Sequence record: DRR378314_1044
DNA length: 20,000 nucleotides
Direction: 5' to 3' (one strand)
A program made the position numbers and the translations under genes. This document shows positions 1-7,279 of the stretch, piece after piece. The notes under the pieces are model-generated. The model saw nothing but the letters and a program-made list of their open reading frames with translations. It made no database searches and was not told the DNA's origin. How positions within the stretch are numbered: position 1 is the first letter of the stretch; every line of letters begins with the position of its first letter.

Positions 1-20
1 AAGCAGAATTTTGATGATAA

Positions 21-1703
21 TCAGTCGCGGGATGCTATTTCAGATAGATCCCGGCGCAGAACTTTTCCTAGTGGGTTGCGCGGCAAACTCGGAACAACAA
101 TCAGCTTCTCTGGTAACTTGTACACGGAGATTTCTTTTGACTTCAAAAAATCCACCAGGATCTCCAAGTCGATATCCGCATCTGGCTGGGTAACCACCAC
201 AGCGCAGACGCGCTCCCCCAGCCGATCGTCCGGATAAGCTGCGCAGGCAGCTTCCTTCACGGCGGGGTGGCTCTCGATAAGACTATCCAGTTCAGCCGGA
301 GAAATGTTCACCCCGCCCCGGATGATGATTTCCTTGGACCTGCCAACGAATTGATAGAAACGGCCACCCTCTGCTGTCGAAATTTCGAACAAATCGCCAG
401 TCTTGAAATAGCCCTGATCATCGAATGCTTGCGCTGTCAGCTCAGCATTGTTCCAGTATCCATCAAACACCATCGCCCCATCAATACGCAACTCTCCAGG
501 CATGCCGGGCCCGCTGATGTCTTCTCCGGTCTCCAAGTCTACCAAGCGTGTTCTTATGCGTTTTGGAAAGTCCATCTCCCACTCCAGCCCGGGCACGCCA
601 AACCTTGGAAACAGAGCCGCGCGCATCTCAGGATCACCCACAACAACGGGCGTTGAGATAAGAGAACATCCCTCGTTCGATCCGAATACGTTCATGATCG
701 ACACGCTGTACTGCTCCTGCCACGCTTTCACCATGAAGGGAGGTAGCGGCGCTGATCCGGAGGCAATACATTTGACTTGTCCGAAATCAATGCCGTTCAG
801 CAATTCCGGTTTCTTCAACAACATCGTCAAAATCGCAGGGGGCGCGACCGTGTAATTAATCCCTTCCGCCTGGAACTGTTGCAGAAAGACCGCTAAATCG
901 AATGGATGGTGTTGCACCAGACAACCACGACAAAGCAACCAAGGGACAACCATTCCTCCAAACGCCGCGATGTTGATAAGCGGAAAGGGGTTTAGAATGC
1001 GATCCCCCTCGCCCAACATGGCTGCTTCAACCATGCACTCACCATTAAAGACCCAATGCGCATGATGCCGCGGTACGCCCTTTGGGTCCGCTTCTGTCCC
1101 GGACGTCCAGCAAATCGTCGCAACTTCTCCCGAATGCAATTCTGGATCCGCCAGCTGAACATTTACAGCCGCCGATTGTGCACTTTCCAGAGACTGAAAA
1201 ATCTCGCCTTCCCCAACACAAATAACAGGGCCGTCGTATACTCCTTGATCTGAAAGCTCTTTCATCTGTTTGGCGTGATCGCATCCGTGAAAATCTCTCA
1301 CGGTCAAAACCAAAGATGGCTCCAATTGCTTGATCACCGACGTCAATTCATGTTTTCGAAATGCCATCGCAACCGGACTGAGTATTGCACCAATTCGCGC
1401 ACATGCGAGAAAAGCGAGAACACCCTCAACAATGTTGGGCAATTGGGTGAGCACGACATCATCACGACCAACACCAGCGGACACAAAAGCCTTGGCCATC
1501 GCATCAACACTCTGATCCACTTCGTGAAATGTTAAACGCTGTGGCTCGTCTCCCAGCAAAAGGACCCTATTGGAAGGGTCTACCAACGCCAACTGATCGC
1601 CGCAGCTAGATACCGCTTCCTTTAACAGATCGTCGATTGTCCGCTTACCCCACCATCCTCTTGATCTGTATTCTTCCAGACGCGCCTGTGGTGTGATTTG
1701 CAT
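21..1703 (-). CDS. Class I adenylate-forming enzyme / acyl-CoA ligase (cyclohexanecarboxylate/medium-chain CoA ligase-like)
   Basis: 560 aa ORF. AMP-binding loop WTSGTEADPKG, FGSNEG, FKTGD, GRSKEIIIRGG, catalytic Lys in RNPLGKV. Purine-rich RBS (GGGGAGAG) upstream of ATG. Confidence 0.92.
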   Translation of the reverse strand: MQITPQARLEEYRSRGWWGKRTIDDLLKEAVSSCGDQLALVDPSNRVLLLGDEPQRLTFHEVDQSVDAMAKAFVSAGVGRDDVVLTQLPNIVEGVLAFLACARIGAILSPVAMAFRKHELTSVIKQLEPSLVLTVRDFHGCDHAKQMKELSDQGVYDGPVICVGEGEIFQSLESAQSAAVNVQLADPELHSGEVATICWTSGTEADPKGVPRHHAHWVFNGECMVEAAMLGEGDRILNPFPLINIAAFGGMVVPWLLCRGCLVQHHPFDLAVFLQQFQAEGINYTVAPPAILTMLLKKPELLNGIDFGQVKCIASGSAPLPPFMVKAWQEQYSVSIMNVFGSNEGCSLISTPVVVGDPEMRAALFPRFGVPGLEWEMDFPKRIRTRLVDLETGEDISGPGMPGELRIDGAMVFDGYWNNAELTAQAFDDQGYFKTGDLFEISTAEGGRFYQFVGRSKEIIIRGGVNISPAELDSLIESHPAVKEAACAAYPDDRLGERVCAVVVTQPDADIDLEILVDFLKSKEISVYKLPEKLIVVPSLPRNPLGKVLRRDLSEIASRD

Positions 1704-1794
1704 ATTTTCTTCTCCCCGATAGCTCGCACAACTGCCGTGTACGTTTATGAATAGATGGGCTCAGCGCGTGTTTTTCGCACCTCGAGAGTTCCTT

Positions 1795-2862
1795 TCAACC
1801 ACGCACCTCAAATGGCGTCGCTAAAGGCAATGACACGAGACCAGCAGGTGCCTCTATGAGCGTTGGAATAGCGTTGACCACAGTACCCGCAACGGCCATC
1901 TGTTCCGCGCTTGTGCGGCCCGGAATACCTTCAGGGCGCTCGACCCCAAATGAAATCGCTACGTTGGGGATTCCCTTAACCTCGAGCTTCCACAAGTCTT
2001 TGTCACCACCGTTGACATGCTCATCATTCATCGCCCACGCAATGGACAAAAAGACTTTCTCTTCTCCGCCAATCATGCCTCTCCAGCGCCAATCTATATG
2101 ACTGGCAGTCCCCTTGCGGATTTTACCAGCACGAACTTCGAGATCACGTCCAGAAGGCAGCATACGATGTTTTCTCTTTATCTCGTCCAGTTGCCAGCCC
2201 AAGGAGTGTGCAACCGACGCGACAACATCCTCGAACATTGCATTCAGTGTTCGCGCCGGCGCCCATTCGTCGCTGTTCATGTCCACCGAACCGACTTCTT
2301 TACCGAAACCCAGCAAATCAAAAACGTATTCAGGGCTCGCGATTTCGTCGGTTAGAACCACTTCGCTGAGGGACACCGACGATACGGCGGAGCAAACGCT
2401 CGTTGCGGTAACGAGTAAGCGCTCAGCTGCGAAGCCTGGATTCAATCCTGTTCCTGCAAAACTGACGCCACCCTCCTCGCAAGCTGCTTGGAGTTTGTCT
2501 CGCCGCGCTTTCGACCAATTCGGATAGAACGTGTTTCCATTGATGCTAAGTACATTTTTTCCTGACTTTAGCAGTCTCACAATGTCATCATCGTGACTGT
2601 CATGCGTAGCACCTAGACGCGCAGCGTGAACCACAAGATCCGCATCCAGCGCGACAATATCCTCAATGTCATTTGAAGCCAGAATTCCAGTTTCAGGACG
2701 ATTTGCAATCTTGCCGGCATCGGAACCGGACTTCTTCGGACTGTACACATACAAACCGACCAGATGCAGATCGGGCCGGTCAATGATGGCACGCAGGCAC
2801 GACTTTCCCATCGCGCCCGTAGCCCATTGAATGACTTTGTACTGCCTGGACCCACCATTCAT
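1795..2862 (-). CDS. DapB N-terminal-like NAD(P)-dependent oxidoreductase (2,4-diaminopentanoate dehydrogenase / amine dehydrogenase-like family)
   Basis: 355 aa. Rossmann start VIQWATGAMG, family motif GTGLNPGF, C-terminal VVNAIPTLIEAPAGL typical of the family. Confidence 0.8.
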   Translation of the reverse strand: MNGGSRQYKVIQWATGAMGKSCLRAIIDRPDLHLVGLYVYSPKKSGSDAGKIANRPETGILASNDIEDIVALDADLVVHAARLGATHDSHDDDIVRLLKSGKNVLSINGNTFYPNWSKARRDKLQAACEEGGVSFAGTGLNPGFAAERLLVTATSVCSAVSSVSLSEVVLTDEIASPEYVFDLLGFGKEVGSVDMNSDEWAPARTLNAMFEDVVASVAHSLGWQLDEIKRKHRMLPSGRDLEVRAGKIRKGTASHIDWRWRGMIGGEEKVFLSIAWAMNDEHVNGGDKDLWKLEVKGIPNVAISFGVERPEGIPGRTSAEQMAVAGTVVNAIPTLIEAPAGLVSLPLATPFEVRG

Positions 2863-2914
2863 AATCCGTCGCCCTTCTCTTGATCCGATCTGGATACTTC
2901 AGAGCCACAATGGT

Positions 2915-2933
2915 GGGTTTAGTTATGAAAGTC
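2915..2933 (+). promoter_or_regulatory. Candidate regulator-binding site, copy 1 (GGGTTTAGTTATGAAAGTC)
   Basis: About 50 bp upstream of the 2862 start. 14/19 identical to the reverse complement of 4032-4050. Confidence 0.5.
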
Positions 2934-2948
2934 TATAGTACGATTTGC

Positions 2949-3911
2949 TCAGGAATTGTTTTTCTCGACCAATTCATACGTCACCTCATGAGGCAACATC
3001 GGCTCCAGACAGTCTGAACAACCGACATAGGCATCGAGAGGATTACCGCAGAGTTTGTGGCGAAGAATAACTGGAGCCCCTTCAGGAGAGGCATAATACG
3101 TATCGCCCCACTTCTGGAGCATCACCAGCACAGGGTAATAATCCAAGCCCTTCTCGGTGAGAAGGTATTCAAATCGCTCAGGATTGTCCCGGTACTTATG
3201 AGGAATGATGATGCCGGTTTCCTCCAACCAGCTCAACCGATCAGATAGTATGTTTGACGCAATCGCCGTGTCTTTCAGGATCTCATCGAACTTTCGAAGG
3301 TGCGTGAAGATAGACCGGAGGATGAGCCCAGCCCACCTGTCTCCCATCAATTCGGCCGATGCTGTAAAAAGTAGCGACTCTCTCGCGGGTTGATCGGCAT
3401 CGCGGCGTTGCCGGCGACGACTGTAGATTGGCGCCATAAGCCCCACGCCCGGCCCTTGCTCCCAGTTCACATCACGCGCATTGATAACCTGCTGGCAATG
3501 CCCGCAAAGAGGCTCAGGCGTGGTGACATGCCCACATTTGCTATGTGTTAGTTTCGGAACGACCGCCTTTTCCTGCGTCGCCCAGCGTTGCTCCCAGCGC
3601 AGGAGCATCAAAGAGGTCCAGTAGAGCGCCAACCCCTTGTCGGTAAGTACGTAGTTAAACCTCGGCGGCGAATCCGTGTAGGCCTGCTTTCGTAGTAGGT
3701 TTGCCTCAGTCAATTTCTTCAACCGGTTCGAAATTAGTGCCTTCTGCAGGCCGGAATTTTTCCGAATGGCGTCAAAACGCCTCTGACCGAACCAGATCGC
3801 CTCAAGGATAAGCCGTGTCGGAGTATCCCCAACGACTTCCAAAGCCCGCCAGATCGAGCAGGTCCGGATCATGGGCCTCGAGTTATCAGACTTGGAACCT
3901 TCAGCAATCAT
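2949..3911 (-). CDS. Winged helix-turn-helix transcriptional regulator with two tandem HxlR domains
   Basis: Two repeats: CSIWRALEVVGD...RRFD...PRFNYVLTDKG...HSKCG...CGHC and AELMGDRW...RKFDE...ERFEYLLTEKG...HKLCG...CSDC. Alternative start at MIRTCS (about 3872). Confidence 0.9.
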   Translation of the reverse strand: MIAEGSKSDNSRPMIRTCSIWRALEVVGDTPTRLILEAIWFGQRRFDAIRKNSGLQKALISNRLKKLTEANLLRKQAYTDSPPRFNYVLTDKGLALYWTSLMLLRWEQRWATQEKAVVPKLTHSKCGHVTTPEPLCGHCQQVINARDVNWEQGPGVGLMAPIYSRRRQRRDADQPARESLLFTASAELMGDRWAGLILRSIFTHLRKFDEILKDTAIASNILSDRLSWLEETGIIIPHKYRDNPERFEYLLTEKGLDYYPVLVMLQKWGDTYYASPEGAPVILRHKLCGNPLDAYVGCSDCLEPMLPHEVTYELVEKNNS

Positions 3912-4031
3912 GCCTCAGTCGCTGGCGCCTTTCCGGCCGGAACAGACCGGCCCAAGAGTAAACTTAGTGCCCAGAACGCGAACAATTACGAACAATAACG
4001 AGCGGACAACAAGTCAGACCTAGGCGCTAGT

Positions 4032-4050
4032 GACTATCATATCAATACCT
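4032..4050 (-). promoter_or_regulatory. Candidate regulator-binding site, copy 2 (AGGTATTGATATGATAGTC on minus strand)
   Basis: Upstream of the HxlR gene. 14/19 match to 2915-2933. Confidence 0.5.
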
Positions 4051-4053
4051 TAA

Positions 4054-4950
4054 TCACTGATGAGTTTTCGCTGCTGCTGCTTGCATGAATTGCTCAAAAG
4101 CGTGCTCGGCATGTTTGGTGCGGGGAGACGATGCATCGAGTTCATCCAACTTTTCCCGGTTTTCCAAGTACCAAGACTTAATATCTCCGTCGCTTGGCAG
4201 CATTGCTCCTACGGTTTCCAGAGTGCGCACCTGTCTCACCAGTCCAGCACCGGCGGTCCAAACGGTTCCATTCAAATGGCAATCTTCGCTCGCCAGCCAG
4301 CTGACAAAAGGCGCAACCTTGTCTGCACTCAACGCATGATCACCCTCTGACGCCTCGGTCCCTCGGGTCATTTGTGTCAGCGCATAAGGCAATACGATGT
4401 TGGTTTGACAACCGTTGCGCGCCTCTTCTATCGCCATGTTCAAAGCAAAGGCCTGCAAAGCCCCCTTGGATGATGCATACGGCGAACGACCTCGAACACC
4501 GTACAGGCCTGCACTCGAAGAAACATAAACGAGCCGAGCCGAAGGAGACTTTCTGAGGGTCGGAAGCGCGTGCCGGGTCAACCGAACCACGGACGCGAAG
4601 TTGGTCGCCATCACCAGGTCAAAATTCGCCGCGTCCATATCCACGAAACGTTTAGCGTCACCTGTGATGCCCGCGTTGAAGATAATACCATCAAGACGCC
4701 CATAGGTTTGCAGCGCGCGCTCCACCATGCGTTCGGCAGCACCATCATCCGTCACGTCGCTAGTCTCGACGATCGCATTGCCCCCGGCTGCCGCAATCTC
4801 TTGCACGACGTGCGCGGCAGAATCCGGCTGCCCCTCGCGAACACGATTGTTCACTACGACCCTTGCACCACGCTTCGCCAGATCCAACGCAAAAGCTCTT
4901 CCCAATCCTTTGCCGCCGCCGGTTATCAAGACAACACGTTTTTCGGCCAC
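4054..4950 (-). CDS. Short-chain dehydrogenase/reductase (MFE-2/hydroxyacyl-CoA dehydrogenase-like classical SDR)
   Basis: TGGGKGLG, NAG, VSSSAG, YASSK catalytic motif. GTG start with GGAGGA RBS. Confidence 0.9.
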   Translation of the reverse strand: MAEKRVVLITGGGKGLGRAFALDLAKRGARVVVNNRVREGQPDSAAHVVQEIAAAGGNAIVETSDVTDDGAAERMVERALQTYGRLDGIIFNAGITGDAKRFVDMDAANFDLVMATNFASVVRLTRHALPTLRKSPSARLVYVSSSAGLYGVRGRSPYASSKGALQAFALNMAIEEARNGCQTNIVLPYALTQMTRGTEASEGDHALSADKVAPFVSWLASEDCHLNGTVWTAGAGLVRQVRTLETVGAMLPSDGDIKSWYLENREKLDELDASSPRTKHAEHAFEQFMQAAAAKTHQ

Positions 4951-4988
4951 GTTTTCCTCCTGTGGAACGAGTTCAGATCAATGCAGGA

Positions 4989-6197
4989 TCACACGCGCTC
5001 AATGATCAGCGCACTTCCGATTCCACCGCCGGCAAGGGCGACAACCATTCCAAGTTCATCATCACGACGAACTAATTCATGTAACAGATTTGCTGTTAGG
5101 ATGGCGCCTGTTGCTCCCATCGGGTGGCCCATCGCGAGATGTCCCCCATTAACATTCACCTTGTCCATGTCCGGATTGTACTCGCGCTCAAATGCCAAAG
5201 GCGGCGCAGCAAAAGCCTCCATGTACTCAATCAGATCCAGGTCGTTGAGTTGGAGGCCAGCATTCGCCAAGGCTTTTTCCATAGCCATTGGACCGGCATC
5301 GAATTGATCAATCGGATGACACGTCACTTCTGCAAAGGACAGAATGCGGGCTTTAGGGGTCAGGCCACTCTTTTGCTTTGCCTCAGCCCCGCCTATCAGC
5401 GCGAGCGCCGCTCCGTCAGAGAGTCCCGGCGTATTCGCGACCGAGTGCACATAGCTGATTTCAGAGAGTTCCGGATGCTGTTTCAGCATCATCGTCTGCG
5501 CCAACCCCCTACCGAGCGAGGCGAACGCTGGCTTGCGTTGCTCCAAATGCTCCATAGTCAGTTCGCCATTTATCCACTCGTCACGAGCACAAAGAACTTC
5601 GCCATTTGAGCCTCTGACCGGAACCACGCTTTTGTTATAGCGCCCACTGTCCCATGCGGCTGCCGCGCGATTGTGAGACCGTAAAGTGACTTCGTCCAAT
5701 TCTCTTTTCGAATACCCCTTTTGACTTGCAAGTAACTCCGCACCAAGGATCGGAGCCAGCCACCCCAGCGCCTCAGATCGCGCAGCATCGGCATACACAG
5801 GGGCATTATCGGCTAGAAATGGCACCTTTGAGAGCATTTCCACACCTCCAGCCAACATGAGACCATTTTCGCCAGCCCTGGCCGCAAGAAACGTATCCCC
5901 AATGGCGGACAATCCTGATACGCAGTAATTGTTCACGGTTCGGGTAACAACATTCCCCAGAAGCCCAGACTCGGCTTTTGCAAGATGCGCGATATGCCCA
6001 CCTTGCGCGCCAACCTGCCCCACACAACCCAAGACCAATCTGGACACACTTGCACGCATGTCTGGGGAGGTACGGCTCACAAGTTCGTCGACCAATACCG
6101 CGATCAACGCTTCCGGAGTCACAGAGTGCAAACCTCCATCTGGGCGACCTCGACCGCGCGGTGTGCGAAGCGCTTCGAATATGTAGGCGTCTTCCAT
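4989..6197 (-). CDS. Thiolase-family protein (acetyl-CoA C-acyltransferase-like) with altered active-site motifs
   Basis: EALRTPRG, NNYCVSG (nucleophile Cys), AGGVEMLS, SDGAA, VNGGHLAMGHPMGATG. Start placed at ATG 6197 (MEDAYIF), preceded by GGAGGGA, giving 402 aa. Confidence 0.9.
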   Translation of the reverse strand: MEDAYIFEALRTPRGRGRPDGGLHSVTPEALIAVLVDELVSRTSPDMRASVSRLVLGCVGQVGAQGGHIAHLAKAESGLLGNVVTRTVNNYCVSGLSAIGDTFLAARAGENGLMLAGGVEMLSKVPFLADNAPVYADAARSEALGWLAPILGAELLASQKGYSKRELDEVTLRSHNRAAAAWDSGRYNKSVVPVRGSNGEVLCARDEWINGELTMEHLEQRKPAFASLGRGLAQTMMLKQHPELSEISYVHSVANTPGLSDGAALALIGGAEAKQKSGLTPKARILSFAEVTCHPIDQFDAGPMAMEKALANAGLQLNDLDLIEYMEAFAAPPLAFEREYNPDMDKVNVNGGHLAMGHPMGATGAILTANLLHELVRRDDELGMVVALAGGGIGSALIIERV

Positions 6198-6341
6198 ATA
6201 TCCCTCCGGGAAGAAATTCCCACCTCCCTCAGCATTGACTTGCGTATCCATACCGTTAGCGCAATTCAACGGTCTATTTCAACTGCTTCCTTAGGGTCAC
6301 TAGCAGCAAACACGAGAGAACCAATAACACCACCAAAAAAT

Positions 6342-6360
6342 GGGTTTTATATTGCAAGCT
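6342..6360 (+). promoter_or_regulatory. Candidate regulator-binding site, copy 3 (GGGTTTTATATTGCAAGCT)
   Basis: In the divergent thiolase/DUF1295 intergenic region. 12/19 match to copy 1. Confidence 0.4.
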
Positions 6361-6434
6361 TCTTTTCACTCACATAGAAATGGGTGAAAATGCGGATAAC
6401 GAACAGAACAAATATTTCGGAGGGGGGAACGTCC

Positions 6435-7235
6435 TTGCTACAGATCATTCTAGTCAATTTTGGCATATCACTGACAGCATTCGTTGCGCTTTGGGCCATC
6501 AGCGTAAAAATTAAAAATGCAAGTATTGTTGACATTTTCTGGGGGCCTGCCTGCGCGCTTCCCGCCGCCACAACATGGCTGCAAACCGAATCGCACTCAT
6601 TGCGCGCCACTTTGATGACGACACTTGTATTGATCTGGGGACTTCGACTGGGACTGTACCTCGGCATCCGGAATGTCGGCCACGGAGAAGACTTCAGATA
6701 CGTCAGGATGCGCGAGAAAGCCGGCGGTGACGGCCCCTTCGTCATGCGCAGCCTAACGCACGTTTTCGTTTTGCAGTGCTGCATCTCATTCTTTGTGTCC
6801 CTCCCCGTACAGATAGGTCAGTTTGGATTCTCTGAGTGGCTACTGTTCCCGGAGGGCGAGCTCGGCATCATGGCCTATCTGGGAATTACGATCTTCGTCA
6901 TCGGCCTGTTGTTTGAAGCTGTAGGCGACCATCAACTCAGACAGTTCAAAAAAAATCCAGAGAACAAAGGCAAGCTGATGGATCGCGGCTTGTGGTCATG
7001 GACCCGCCACCCGAATTACTTTGGAGATGCCGCAGTCTGGACTGGTCTGACGTTAGTCGCTCTTGAAAGCCAGTGGGGCTTCCTGACAATACTAAGCCCA
7101 CTGCTGATGATCCATTTTCTGTACAATTTGTCGGGAAAAGCCCTGCTGGAACGATCGATGTCTCGGCGCTATCCAGATTACGAAGATTACCGCCGCAGAG
7201 TCAGCGGCTTTCTACCTCGACCGCCTGCACGGTAA
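6435..7235 (+). CDS. DUF1295 membrane protein (steroid 5-alpha-reductase / ICMT-like superfamily)
   Basis: NASIVDIFWG, WGLRLG, EDFRY, EAVGDHQL, GLWSWTRHPNYFGD, several hydrophobic helices. Probable TTG start at 6435 after GGAGGGGG (ORF open from 6384). Confidence 0.88.
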   Translation: MLQIILVNFGISLTAFVALWAISVKIKNASIVDIFWGPACALPAATTWLQTESHSLRATLMTTLVLIWGLRLGLYLGIRNVGHGEDFRYVRMREKAGGDGPFVMRSLTHVFVLQCCISFFVSLPVQIGQFGFSEWLLFPEGELGIMAYLGITIFVIGLLFEAVGDHQLRQFKKNPENKGKLMDRGLWSWTRHPNYFGDAAVWTGLTLVALESQWGFLTILSPLLMIHFLYNLSGKALLERSMSRRYPDYEDYRRRVSGFLPRPPAR

Positions 7236-7240
7236 CTCAG

Positions 7241-7273
7241 CGGAGGCGGCGGCATTCTGAGCCGCCGCCTCTG
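7241..7273. terminator. GC-rich hairpin between convergent genes; probable bidirectional terminator or RNA-stabilising stem
   Basis: GAGGCGGCGGC-attctga-GCCGCCGCCTC, an 11-bp perfect stem. No clear U-tract. Confidence 0.6.
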
Positions 7274-7279
7274 GATGTC

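Noticed and set aside
1795-2862. Calling this gene dapB (lysine biosynthesis)
   Set aside because: It lacks the HHxxKxDAPSGTA substrate-binding motif of true DapB and is longer than typical DapB.
4570-5307. 245-aa plus-strand ORF and other long antisense ORFs (e.g. 12690-13349)
   Set aside because: They are shadow ORFs opposite well-supported genes in GC-rich DNA, with no recognisable motifs.
6198-6269. 24-aa N-terminal extension of the thiolase ORF
   Set aside because: Family similarity begins at MEDAYIF, which has a strong GGAGGGA RBS.
6341-6356. Sigma54-like GG-N10-GC spacing (TGGGTTTTATATTGCA)
   Set aside because: It lacks the TGGCAC core, the other motif copies lack the -12 GC, and no enhancer-binding protein gene lies nearby. 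It remains only a weak alternative reading.
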